The notes: generated by a model from the letters alone, not told the origin. Positions 39,310-49,682 are shown, numbered from the stretch's first letter. The stretch is DNA of 64,000 bases from Candidatus Heimdallarchaeota archaeon (GCA_019058275.1 JAHLVW010000047.1:1-64000); one strand, 5' to 3'. Made by a program: numbers and translations.

Positions 39310-40942
39310 AGCTAAAAACGTTTCAGTAAAAGAGGAACAAAGATCACAATTTGAAGAAGCAGAAAAACAAGGTAAATTAGTTGTCCACAAAATTACTCAC
39401 CAAGTTATTGCATTAACAATTATTCATTTACTATACATTGTATTTGAAGCCTATAATGCATTTAATGAATCTTGGGTATCAGCTATAATCTATGGAGTAA
39501 TTGCACTTGGTACAGTCGGATTTATTTGGTTGCAAAAAGATAATGCCAAATATCTAATACCAATTCCATTCATATCGCTATGTGTTATTGGAGGTATTTT
39601 AGAAAATACTATTGTGATAACTACTATTTTCGGTGCTTATTGTATATTCTTCTATACCTTATTATTCTTTGAAAGAAAAACAACAGAGACTCTAGTTACA
39701 AACCTGTTTTCAGCTTTAACATTGCTTATCCTAACATCATTTATGTTATTTGATCAAGGATTTGTAAAAGTAGATTACATTGTTAATGTTGTTTCAGGAA
39801 TTTGGCTCTTATGGGGCATAATCGTTTCAGCAGTTACTATTAGACACAAAGATAATTTTGGAATTCGTCTAGGTTATAGCATTGTTTTAACTTTGCTATG
39901 CTCAGTAGGACCATTTATCAAACCCGAAGGTATGCCTAACTCTAACCTATTTACATTAACTTGTGGCATTTTGTTTCTAATGGTTGCTATAATATCAGTT
40001 GTACTCTTCTTTACAGAAGAATTCAATATGGGTAAATTCTTTGGAGTTATTGCTCCAATACTTGCCAGTATTGTGATATTCTCTTATTCATTTGCTTACA
40101 ATTTCACATGGATTTCATCAATTCTAAATAAAGCATTTATTGTTGACTATGCACTTTTCATACCATTAGCACTATTTACTATGATCATTATTATAATGAG
40201 ATTCTACGAGAAACCAGATACTGAAGAACTTAGAACACTATCTGATGAAAGACGGAAGAAGAAGATCAATAATGATATGATTCTTTTTGGTATTTTTATT
40301 GGATTTATTATTGCCTCTATGGTAATGCTAGCTACTAATTGGAAATTTAATTGTATTAAAGGACTAGTAGTTTCTATTGCTTTCTTAGGCGCGACAATTC
40401 CACTAAACATTCGTGTGACAACAACAAGCTCGCTTGTATCAACATTTCTATTCTTAGGATTAGTCCTCTCCAATGTTGAAAAATTACAGACAAAATACAT
40501 TTATATAATTCTATTAGCCATTTCTTCCACAATTCTACTATTTGCTATTGTTAATGAGTTGTTCCTACTTGGTGAACCATTAACAACGACTTTGTCAATT
40601 GTTTCAGCACTTGTTGGAATGGTTACAAGTATTTTATACTTCTATTCTGAAGATGTGCCTTTTAAGGTGATATGGACTAGCATTTCTTGGGCAATTATTG
40701 GTATCATTTTGTTCGCTTATGGAATCATATTTAACAAAATATTTCTAAGAAGAAGTGGTTTAGCAATAATATTGTTTGATATTGTCTATTCTATAATCAC
40801 TATCAGTATAACATATCGTGGTTGGCAAATGGGTGTAGCCTTCATAATCCTAGCAATGGTATTAATGGGATGTATCTACTTATTCCGTTGGTCAGAAAAG
40901 AAAACCTCTACAGAAGAAGAACAAGAAACAATACTAGAATAA
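39302..40942 (+). CDS. polytopic membrane protein (DUF2339-like C-terminus)
   Basis: About 16 TM segments; WTSISWAIIG..LF..G......LRRSGL pattern; 8-nt overlap with the upstream gene. Confidence 0.7.
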   Translation: MNKAKNVSVKEEQRSQFEEAEKQGKLVVHKITHQVIALTIIHLLYIVFEAYNAFNESWVSAIIYGVIALGTVGFIWLQKDNAKYLIPIPFISLCVIGGILENTIVITTIFGAYCIFFYTLLFFERKTTETLVTNLFSALTLLILTSFMLFDQGFVKVDYIVNVVSGIWLLWGIIVSAVTIRHKDNFGIRLGYSIVLTLLCSVGPFIKPEGMPNSNLFTLTCGILFLMVAIISVVLFFTEEFNMGKFFGVIAPILASIVIFSYSFAYNFTWISSILNKAFIVDYALFIPLALFTMIIIIMRFYEKPDTEELRTLSDERRKKKINNDMILFGIFIGFIIASMVMLATNWKFNCIKGLVVSIAFLGATIPLNIRVTTTSSLVSTFLFLGLVLSNVEKLQTKYIYIILLAISSTILLFAIVNELFLLGEPLTTTLSIVSALVGMVTSILYFYSEDVPFKVIWTSISWAIIGIILFAYGIIFNKIFLRRSGLAIILFDIVYSIITISITYRGWQMGVAFIILAMVLMGCIYLFRWSEKKTSTEEEQETILE

Positions 40943-41079
40943 TTTTCTTTAAAGAATGTTGGGTAATACTTTTTTACCCTTTTTTTTATTTTCTAATCAT
41001 CATTTCTCTTTGTTCATAGAGAAAGAAACTATTAAAAACCAAGAGAAAAAGGAACACTAGAAAAAATTATATAGCTTTC

Positions 41080-43299
41080 ATGAACCATAACATTAAGCAA
41101 AATGTAATTATTCATGGATTAAGCAGGTCGATTCAATTGTCACAAGTAAAAGCATTTTTCAGCAGAACGTGGGATGCCATTGATTCAAGGATCAGTAAAC
41201 CACAAGTGAAGCGAGAACACATCCTTCTATACCTAAGTTTAACACTTATAGTTTTAGGAGCATTCTTGCTCAGACTCTTACCAGTATTCTCAACAGACAT
41301 CCTATTGAAAGGGTTAGACCCTTGGGTTCAATACAGATGTGCAGAATATCTTAATGAGCATGGTCTTAAAGCATTCTTGAATTGGTACGATCAAAGCACA
41401 TGGTATCCTTATGGACGAAATATGGGCAAATCAATGTATATAGTTATACCATTAATTGCAGTGATCTTTTACAAAATTGCAATCTTCATAGGATTTAACA
41501 CAACAATGCTAACAGTCACCTATTTTGTACCTGCTTTCTTTGGTGCTGCAACTGTATTTGTTATCTACAAATTGGGTTCAGCTCTCCATAGTAAGAGGAC
41601 TGGCTTATTTGCAGCCTTCTTCCTATCAATGGCAACTGGTTTTCTAAGCAGAACTATTGTTGGATTCTTTGATAATGAATGTGTTGGAATATTCTTTATG
41701 TTCTTAACATTCTATTTCTTTATCAAAGGCTTAACAAACGATAGCATGATGAATAGTATTTTCGCTGGTTTATGTTTAGGCGGTCTAAGTCTTACTTGGG
41801 GTGCCTACAGGTATGCCTATGATTTACTAGCTTTATACGCTCTACTCATGATTTTACTAAAGAAATTTTCAAGAAGACTATTCTCAAGTTTCTCAATCAC
41901 AATTATACTTGGAATTCTGTTAGGAACTTTAATTCCAAGAAATGGATTGGATTTTGCAGTTTCAACAGAACAACTTATTCCTCTAATTATGATTATTGCA
42001 ATGGCAATAATCATAGTTTATCAAGAACTTCAGAAAAACATCGAAACTGAAAAACTGAAGAAAATAACACAAATATCAATTTTAGTAATCATTGGTACAG
42101 GTATAATTGTTACAATAGTTCTTTATGCATTAAAAGTAATTGATCCAATTGCTAACAAGTTCATTAGAACTCTCTTCCCAACTTTAGCTGAATCGTTACC
42201 TTTAATTGAATCAGTAGCAGAGAATCTTACTTCTTCATGGGCAACGCTTTTCTACAATATATACATCATGGTCTTTCTACTACCACTTGGTTTCTATTTC
42301 TGTATAAAGAAACCAAACGAGAAGACCATTTTCCTATTGTTAATGGGATTGACTGGAGTATACTTTGGTGGATCTATGGTAAGACTTGCTCTTATTATCA
42401 CTCCTGCAGCAGCAGTTGTTGCTGGTTATACTCTCGATGAAGTAATCAGACCTTTTGCATTGATAAGTCAAGAACGGTTTACGATTTCAAGAAGAAAACG
42501 AAGAGCTGCAAAACAAATAGGTCGAGAACTTATTTCTGTAGCATATGTGTTTGTTGCCATTACTTTAATGCTCACTGCTATATTTGGAGTTAACATGGCT
42601 TATAGACAATACTATTTCAACCATGAATTAACACCTCAACTAAAGCGAAATGAAGAAATATTCCTAGCTCACGACTACCAAGAAACGTTTGAATTCATGC
42701 GATTAAATATTGCCCCTTATTCTTTAGGTGAAAAACCACCACTAATAATGAGTTGGTGGGATTATGGTTACCAAATTAGGATATTAGGTAACTGTACGAC
42801 GTTAGTAGATAACGCCACAATCAATAACACGCAAATCGGTGTTATTGGGGCAATGTTGATACATAATGAAACATCATCAATAAAGATCATGAAGAAATAT
42901 GGTGTAGATTATGTATTAGTCTTGAGCCCTGGAATTATCGGATCAGGTATTAATGACATGTCCAAATCACATTGGATGATGAAAATCTCAGCAGAATATG
43001 CTAGCGATGGACTTGATGAGTTAGCTATAAAAACAAAAGACTATTACATCGAAGATCCAGAAGAAGACGAAACTCCTGGTTTCACAGATCTATTCTGGGA
43101 TTCAGTCATTTACAAACTCTGTGCTTATCATTTGAACTCTGATTTTAATTATGCCGGTGGACAACCAAGCGGAATTGGTAACTGGCGTGGTGGATATTTG
43201 AGCGAAGCACCTGATGTTGGTGATTCTGATTTACATCACTTCCGTTTGTACTTCCAATCTAAATATGTTCTTCTGAGAATATACGAAGTAATTTATTGA
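41080..43299 (+). CDS. aglB: oligosaccharyltransferase AglB/STT3
   Basis: LDPW, FFDNE, SVAE, SWWDYGY, DNAT and DxxK.xWM motifs; TM-rich N-terminal half. The true start may be slightly downstream. Confidence 0.95.
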   Translation: MNHNIKQNVIIHGLSRSIQLSQVKAFFSRTWDAIDSRISKPQVKREHILLYLSLTLIVLGAFLLRLLPVFSTDILLKGLDPWVQYRCAEYLNEHGLKAFLNWYDQSTWYPYGRNMGKSMYIVIPLIAVIFYKIAIFIGFNTTMLTVTYFVPAFFGAATVFVIYKLGSALHSKRTGLFAAFFLSMATGFLSRTIVGFFDNECVGIFFMFLTFYFFIKGLTNDSMMNSIFAGLCLGGLSLTWGAYRYAYDLLALYALLMILLKKFSRRLFSSFSITIILGILLGTLIPRNGLDFAVSTEQLIPLIMIIAMAIIIVYQELQKNIETEKLKKITQISILVIIGTGIIVTIVLYALKVIDPIANKFIRTLFPTLAESLPLIESVAENLTSSWATLFYNIYIMVFLLPLGFYFCIKKPNEKTIFLLLMGLTGVYFGGSMVRLALIITPAAAVVAGYTLDEVIRPFALISQERFTISRRKRRAAKQIGRELISVAYVFVAITLMLTAIFGVNMAYRQYYFNHELTPQLKRNEEIFLAHDYQETFEFMRLNIAPYSLGEKPPLIMSWWDYGYQIRILGNCTTLVDNATINNTQIGVIGAMLIHNETSSIKIMKKYGVDYVLVLSPGIIGSGINDMSKSHWMMKISAEYASDGLDELAIKTKDYYIEDPEEDETPGFTDLFWDSVIYKLCAYHLNSDFNYAGGQPSGIGNWRGGYLSEAPDVGDSDLHHFRLYFQSKYVLLRIYEVIY

Positions 43300-43411
43300 A
43301 ATTAAAATAAGAGTAAAGGCTTCCAACCTTTATTCAACATTTTTTCTTTTTGCTACTCTTCTTAGCTTTTTTATACTTGAATTATATTCCTTAATATCTG
43401 GAGATTGACTT

Positions 43412-44350
43412 ATGCCAAATTCCAAATGCTTAGGTTGCTTAAACGAAATAACTGAACGTGTAATTAATTTATCTACAACAGATAAGGACCTCCAAAGGAA
43501 ATTGTTAAGTGAGTTAAAAGAACACACAAAAAGGAATTTCGACACATTAAAGCTCCCAGATTTTTCAACAGAGATCTTTCAAATAATAGAGGAGAAAACA
43601 GGAACAGAAGATCCTTTCTTACAAATCAAAATAGATAGCAATAATTACTTTCTAGAACTAATACCAAAAATTCGTGAATCCTTAATTGGTTTATCAATTA
43701 ATGAGAAATTAAGGATATTGATTCAATATTCAATTGCTGCGAATATGGTTGATTTTAGTACTGGTGGGTATACAGTGGATTTGGCAGAAACTGCACGAAA
43801 CTTGACTGATTTTCCAAAAGAAGGTTTGACAATTGATGATTTTGATAATTTGGTATCAACAATTGAAAAATCATCGACTATCATTTATCTTTCTGATAAT
43901 TGTGGAGAAGTAGTAGTAGATAATCTCGTAGTAGAATTCCTTGTTAAGGAAATGAAAAAGGAAGTTTATTTTGGTTTGAAGGGTTCACCTGTTTCAAATG
44001 ATTGCACTCTTGAAGATTTCAAAAGAGATGGATTAACTGAATATGCAACTGAAACATTCATTGTTAGTTCTTCATTTGGTTGGAATTTACATCAAACATC
44101 AGAGCAATTTAATGAATTAATTCGAAAAGCAGATCTTCTTATTGTTAAAGGTCAGTCAAATTATGAGACTACATTAAATAATTTAATGAGATATCCTACG
44201 TTTAAATTTCCACCCATTTTCAGTATCTTAAGAACAAAATGTGAAGTAATAACTGCTAATCTAGGAGTTACATTAAGTTCCAATGTTGTCAAACAAATGT
44301 ACCCAATGTCAGAAGAACAGAGAAAATCTCTTAAGGAAATAGTTGATTAG
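43412..44350 (+). CDS. damage-control phosphatase ARMT1/DUF89 family
   Basis: N-terminal CxxC, DPF..IK, AN.VDF, DNCGE, ND and KGQSNYE. Confidence 0.9.
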   Translation: MPNSKCLGCLNEITERVINLSTTDKDLQRKLLSELKEHTKRNFDTLKLPDFSTEIFQIIEEKTGTEDPFLQIKIDSNNYFLELIPKIRESLIGLSINEKLRILIQYSIAANMVDFSTGGYTVDLAETARNLTDFPKEGLTIDDFDNLVSTIEKSSTIIYLSDNCGEVVVDNLVVEFLVKEMKKEVYFGLKGSPVSNDCTLEDFKRDGLTEYATETFIVSSSFGWNLHQTSEQFNELIRKADLLIVKGQSNYETTLNNLMRYPTFKFPPIFSILRTKCEVITANLGVTLSSNVVKQMYPMSEEQRKSLKEIVD

Positions 44351-44577
44351 TAACTATTGAGGGAGATTTCACTGGCAGAACATTTTGTAAGGCATGGAGA
44401 TTTTACAAAATTCTCTAAAATCTGTTATTTCATTGGTTTATTCGGTTCTGTAATATTCTTTGTATTGTTATATTATCACAAGTCTTTGCAATCAGAAATG
44501 GTTATGATTATAATGTTTGGGAAATAAGTGATTTAGTTGTTTGGGGAGAAGAAAGCAAATGGTTATTCATTTCATGT

Positions 44578-45009
44578 ATGATTATTTTAGGAATATCACT
44601 TCTACTTCCTATTATTCCAATAGCATTCTACTTCACTAATAAAACTAAACGAATTTTAGTACTAATTTCTGTTATAATAATTTGTGTTACATTGATTGGT
44701 ATAGGTACAGTTTCCAAATATGAATATTTTAAACTACAATGGTCAATAGTGGCAATCTTCTTTATTGCATCAATGGTAGTCACTCTATTCATGTCAACTC
44801 ATATACTAATTAACGATTCTTCAATATCACTTTTCTATGCAATGTTTGGCTACTTCACTTTTTTAACCCAAACTTTTCATTGCACAAAAAAATGGTTTTT
44901 TGGAAAAGCTTATTCTCAACGCATTGCTACATTGTTTACTATTTTGTTCATGCTGTTAATTAGTGGGAGAATAATCTTAGATAAAAAAATAAAGAAATTA
45001 AAATTTTAA
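44578..45009 (+). CDS. hypothetical membrane protein (possibly the 3' part of a frameshifted gene starting near 44372)
   Basis: Hydrophobic ORF; frame is open back to 44419. Confidence 0.5.
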   Translation: MIILGISLLLPIIPIAFYFTNKTKRILVLISVIIICVTLIGIGTVSKYEYFKLQWSIVAIFFIASMVVTLFMSTHILINDSSISLFYAMFGYFTFLTQTFHCTKKWFFGKAYSQRIATLFTILFMLLISGRIILDKKIKKLKF

Positions 45010-45084
45010 ATTCTCAAAATGATTTAACATCATTAGAGAAATGAGAAATTTTGGAGAATAGTTTAGTTTTATTCCCCACAAAAA

Positions 45085-45294
45085 CTAATTTTCCTTCTTC
45101 CTTGGATATTCAAATTGAAGGAATTCATCTATTAAATCACAATGGGTAATTAACATTCGACGACAGCAGAATTTGTCTAACCCAAGATCATCTAGTACTT
45201 GTCCAGGATCTTCTCCGGCAGATGTTCTGCGTTCGAATTCCTCCCATTTATCTCCAACTACTTTACCACAACTTAAACATCTAACTGGAATCAT
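45085..45294 (-). CDS. rpoN: RNA polymerase subunit N (Rpo10)
   Basis: [14 protein letters not shown]...LDDLG...CCRRML. Confidence 0.97.
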   Translation of the reverse strand: MIPVRCLSCGKVVGDKWEEFERRTSAGEDPGQVLDDLGLDKFCCRRMLITHCDLIDEFLQFEYPRKKEN

Positions 45295-45568
45295 TTTTCT
45301 GATTTGACTCCTACATTCGAGTATTATATATTAGTAATTATTTACTAATCTTTTGTCAATACATTTGCTTTTAGAGTCTTTCTATTATTATTAAAAGAAA
45401 TAGCATGTCAGGTTTCAATTTGATTTATTTTATATAAAAAATAAAAATGGAAAAATAAAGGCAGAACTATGATTAAAAATCAAAAGAAATAACAGCTGAA
45501 ATAAGAGAAATAACCAAAGATGGCATTTCAAAAGTGATAGTGATTAGATGATTAACTCATCTAATTTT

Positions 45569-46870
45569 TTAAGGTTTTACTCGAGTCATTGTTCTTGGGA
45601 AAGCAATAACATCTTTAATTGTATCAAAGCCACAAATCCACATAATAATCCTAGCAACACCCATTCCAAATCCTGAATGTTGAACAGAACCATACCTTCT
45701 AGTATCTAAATAGAAATCAACCTCTTCTGGAGGTATTCCCTCGTGTTTAAGGCTCTCTATTATCTTATTCAAGTCTGATTCACGTTCAGAACCATCAATA
45801 ACTTCACCAACTTCTGGGAGAAGTAAGTTGGCATTTAGACATACTTTTGGATTTTCAGGATCAACTTTCTTATAAAACGCCATAATTTCACGCGGATATC
45901 TTGTTACAATAACTGGTTTGTCAAAGTATTTGCCAATTGCTCTTTCTTCTCGAGAGCCAAGATCTGATCCATATGGTATTTCGATTTCTTGTTTCTTCAA
46001 CATCTCTAATGCTTCAGAATAAGTGATTCGTGGAAATGGTGGTTTTATTTTAAGTAGATCTTTAGGATTTCTACCTATAGCTTTAAGCTCATGAGTGTTC
46101 TTCTTAGCAACATTTTTACAAATTGCTGTAACAAGGTTCTCCATTAACTCTTGCAGACCTTCAAAATCCATCCACGTTGCTTCAACTTCTGCATGCCAGT
46201 ATTCAGTAACATGACGTGCAGTTTTAGATTTTTCAGCTCGAAAAGATGGTGCAATAGTGTAAGCTTTCTCAAGAGCGTAAATAAAGTTCTCAGCATAAAA
46301 CTGCCAACTTTGGCTTAAGAATACCTTCTTATCAAAATACTTGAGTTCAAATAAAGTAGAGCCACCTTCAGATCCTGCAGTGGTGAACATCGGAGGTTGT
46401 ACTTCAGTATAACCTTCCTTGCGTAAATATGTATGAATTGCTTCAAAAACCGAAGAACGGATTTTAAGCATTGCAGTTAATCTTTGTGACCTTAATGCTA
46501 AATGTCTAACATCTAAGAGAAATTCTTGGCTTTGGTCTTTGGAAATTGGAAAGTTCTCAGAAGGACCAATAACTTCGATCTTTTCTGCTTTAATTTCATA
46601 TCCTCCGGGAGCTCGATCATCCTTTGCTAGGATGCCTTCAATAAGAACTGCAGATTCGTAACCAATGCCATCTGCGATATTGTAATTTTCCTCATTTTTT
46701 TTGCGATTTATTGAAACTTGGATTCTATCTGTGGAATCTCGGATAGTAAGAAAAGCCATTTTTTTGCTACTTCTTTTTCTGGCTACCCATCCACGTAAAG
46801 CTACTTTCTTACCAGCTTGTTTACCAGTAAGTAATTCACGTATTTGAGGAAATTTCATAATAATCACCAA
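45569..46870 (-). CDS. asnS: asparagine--tRNA ligase
   Basis: OB-fold RGWV, EGGSTLF, LSQSWQFY, FRAEKS..RH.TEYWHAE and HSGFGMG..R. Confidence 0.92.
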   Translation of the reverse strand: MVIIMKFPQIRELLTGKQAGKKVALRGWVARKRSSKKMAFLTIRDSTDRIQVSINRKKNEENYNIADGIGYESAVLIEGILAKDDRAPGGYEIKAEKIEVIGPSENFPISKDQSQEFLLDVRHLALRSQRLTAMLKIRSSVFEAIHTYLRKEGYTEVQPPMFTTAGSEGGSTLFELKYFDKKVFLSQSWQFYAENFIYALEKAYTIAPSFRAEKSKTARHVTEYWHAEVEATWMDFEGLQELMENLVTAICKNVAKKNTHELKAIGRNPKDLLKIKPPFPRITYSEALEMLKKQEIEIPYGSDLGSREERAIGKYFDKPVIVTRYPREIMAFYKKVDPENPKVCLNANLLLPEVGEVIDGSERESDLNKIIESLKHEGIPPEEVDFYLDTRRYGSVQHSGFGMGVARIIMWICGFDTIKDVIAFPRTMTRVKP

Positions 46871-46971
46871 TAATACTTTGAGACGAACATAACGCTCTTA
46901 AAATTTTTTGCTAAGAATGAATTGTTTAGTAAAAGAAATAGTAAAAACTATGGAAATAACAGATAAAGAAA

Positions 46972-47277
46972 TTAGTCATTTAATCTTCGATAACAAACAT
47001 CTCTTAATGCAACCATTTCGCCAAAAACTGCTAATTGTTTTTCAGTTGGAACGTTTCCATTTTCTTCTTTCTTTAGAATCTCACTAGCTATCTTTGTCAG
47101 CTCTTTAAACCTGTTAACAAAAGTGCTTGTTCTACCTTTGCTATCTTGATTAATAATATCCTCGAAATCCTTTTTCACTTTTTGATATGCTTTTTCCAAT
47201 TCCTTAAAAGAACCTGCTTGCGTGACTTGAAGCAAGAAGTCACTTAATCCTTTATTTTCATTGGTTTCAATTGTCAT
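46972..47277 (-). CDS. hypothetical 101-aa helical protein
   Basis: Clean ORF with ATG start, upstream of asnS. Confidence 0.7.
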   Translation of the reverse strand: MTIETNENKGLSDFLLQVTQAGSFKELEKAYQKVKKDFEDIINQDSKGRTSTFVNRFKELTKIASEILKKEENGNVPTEKQLAVFGEMVALRDVCYRRLND

Positions 47278-47314
47278 ATCTTCTCACTATTTGCTCAGAT
47301 ATTTTTATTAAAAA

Positions 47315-47387
47315 AGCTCTAAATGATGACTTTTTGAGCATACTCTAGGACGCCTCCTTGAGCATGCTCTTTAAATCAATGTTAGCT
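47315..47387 (-). promoter_or_regulatory. extended stem-loop in the probable 5' leader of the 101-aa gene
   Basis: Minus strand GAGCATGCTC-A-AGGA-GGCG-TCCT-A-GAGTATGCTC with outer pairings TGATTT/AAGTCA and AGCTAA/TTAG(A)GCT. Confidence 0.55.
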
Positions 47388-47461
47388 GGGTATCTCCTGT
47401 TACATTATTATACATACTTTAACATATAAAAGCATTTCTTTATAGATCAAATTTTAGATAG

Positions 47462-48010
47462 TTATGGGTTCCTTCCACAGACAATACCAATATCTTCTAC
47501 ATCATCTGTCCATTCAGAATATATTTCCAAGTTACTCTCTTCTGCAACTTGTTTCAGCTTCTCTTTCGTCCAAGTTTTTCTAAGTATAGAAACAGCAAAA
47601 ATAGCATCTTCAGTAGAGATTCTGGACATTTCTTCTATAGTTTGTTTTGGTTCAGGTAAATTTTGTAGATGTGTTACTGATAAAACTCGATCAAAAAGGC
47701 CTTCTTTAATAGGTAGATTGTCTGAATCAGCTACGATAAAATCAATATCGGGATGTTTACTATGTGCAATTTTTATCATCTCATGAGATAAATCAATACC
47801 AACAAAAGACCTACCATTATCTGATATGGATTGGATTAGTCCAAGAAAACTTCCAGTACCACAACCAATATCAATGATTTCTTTCGAGTTTTGGAAATCG
47901 ACTCGAGAGAAGATTTCTATGTATTTATGAATTTGAATATCCTTGTATCTACTATCGTAAATTTCAGCAGAAGAATCATATCTTCTAGCAATTTCCTTTT
48001 TATTAGCCAC
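47462..48010 (-). CDS. class I SAM-dependent methyltransferase
   Basis: IDIGCGTG, GIDLS..MI and ADSDNLP. Confidence 0.9.
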   Translation of the reverse strand: MANKKEIARRYDSSAEIYDSRYKDIQIHKYIEIFSRVDFQNSKEIIDIGCGTGSFLGLIQSISDNGRSFVGIDLSHEMIKIAHSKHPDIDFIVADSDNLPIKEGLFDRVLSVTHLQNLPEPKQTIEEMSRISTEDAIFAVSILRKTWTKEKLKQVAEESNLEIYSEWTDDVEDIGIVCGRNP

Positions 48011-48125
48011 TATGTTATACTGTCCTTTAAGATCAAATTTAAGGTAAAAATAGCATTTCGTTTAATCTACTAGTTTACGAATGGTTTCTGAATTAACTTA
48101 TCTTAAAAAATGAACGGTATATTTG

Positions 48126-48833
48126 TTAATGTTCAGTTAGGATGATTCTTGCGTCTACAGTTAAAATTTCATTCTCATATGCGAATATTGGGTTAAGGTC
48201 AATTTCCAATATATCATCAATGTAATCAATAGATAGCTGAGATATTTTTAGCAGGGCATCAATGATATTTTCTAATTTAACATTGGGTCCACCTCTAAAA
48301 CCTTGAAGCATTGGAAGAGCTTTAATTTCATGAATCATTTCTTTAGCATCTTTCTTCTTAATTGGCGCAATTCTAAATGAGACATCCTTTAACAGCTCCA
48401 CAAAAATACCCCCAAGACCAAACATTATTGCAGGACCAAAAGTTGGATCTCGAGTAACACCTATTATGATTTCAGTTGAGGGTTTAACCATCTTCTCGAT
48501 TAAAACTCCCCTAACATCTGCTTTTGAATCATACTTTTTAGCATTAGCTACAATTTCATTAAATGCCAATTCAGCTTCTTCTTCAGAATTAATATTTAGT
48601 TTGACTCCACCTGCATCAGTCTTATGTATAATTTGAGGAGATAATATCTTCATAACAATTGGGAAACCAATTTCTTTGGAAATCTTCTTCGCTTCATAAA
48701 TATCATCAGCAACTTTGAAATCAGTAGTAGTAATTCCAATTTCCTTCATTAGTTGTTTTGATTCAGGTTCTAACAAAAATGTTCTTTTCTCTTTTCTTGC
48801 AGTGCTTATTATATCCTTAATTTTCTGTGACAT
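48126..48833 (-). CDS. acdB: ADP-forming acetate/acyl-CoA ligase beta subunit (ATP-grasp)
   Basis: GFPIVMKILSPQIIHKTDAGGV, FGP.IMFGLGGIFVE..KD and EIDLNP. Confidence 0.92.
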   Translation of the reverse strand: MSQKIKDIISTARKEKRTFLLEPESKQLMKEIGITTTDFKVADDIYEAKKISKEIGFPIVMKILSPQIIHKTDAGGVKLNINSEEEAELAFNEIVANAKKYDSKADVRGVLIEKMVKPSTEIIIGVTRDPTFGPAIMFGLGGIFVELLKDVSFRIAPIKKKDAKEMIHEIKALPMLQGFRGGPNVKLENIIDALLKISQLSIDYIDDILEIDLNPIFAYENEILTVDARIILTEH

Positions 48834-49132
48834 TATTCCCTCAAACCTTTTGTCTATTACATTTCCTTGAATTAATATTTCTTTAAAAAAATTTAGTAAG
48901 AATTTTTTATTAATGAAAATCAGAAATTCTTTCTACTTTTTTTAATTCAATCGTTAAGAAATGAAGAAATAAAAATTAATGCTATAAATAAACGATTATT
49001 GATGAGTGATTCAAAGATTTATAATATTTAGTTTCTTATAAAAAATCACCATTTTTCACATTTTATAAGAGATATTGTTTAATTTTCCTTGAATGAATGT
49101 TTCTTTGATATCATTATTTATTGGTGTTAGTA

Positions 49133-49587
49133 ATGACAAAAGATGAACTATCTGAAGAAGAAAAAACACACAAAAATTTGCTGTCATTCTATTTAATCAT
49201 ACTTGGGATTTATTAGACAAAAAGGAACGTACAGTAGAAGATGAAATGATTCATTCTCCTCATACCTCAAGATATCATTGGGGACAAATTGGCAAACCAA
49301 TTCACTTCGAACGTGGAGAATGGCAAATATCAAGAGTGTATTCTGTTCTGTATAAAGCTGAACCAGCCTTACATCATGCAAAAAGATGTTTAGATATTTG
49401 CACAAAAAATGATATTGGCGATTTTGACATTGCATTTACCTATGAAGCTATGGCAAGAGCTCATTCCGTTGTGGGAAACAAAGATAAAGTAACAAAGTAT
49501 CTTGAGCTTGCTAAAGAAGCAGGTGTGAAGATAGAGAAAGAGGATGACAAGAAATATTTCATGAGTGAATTAGAATCTATAAAGTAA
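49133..49587 (+). pseudogene. TPR-like helical protein interrupted by a -1 frameshift near 49174-49180
   Basis: ATG 49133 (MTKDELSEEEKTHK) joins the -1 frame FAVILFNHTWDLLDKKERT...SRYHW...RGEWQISRVY; only the 3' part (from 49246) is tracked. Confidence 0.65.
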
Positions 49588-49682
49588 ATTCTATTTCACT
49601 TCTCTTTTTACAAATTAATGAATAAAATTGATAAAGTAGTATGTTCACTATGTTTCACTAATCACTACAACTATTACTAACT

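Noticed and set aside
47321-47390. Plus-strand box C/D sRNA or fluoride riboswitch (ATGATGAC)
   Set aside because: No CTGA D box at a suitable distance and no matching 5' pseudoknot strand.
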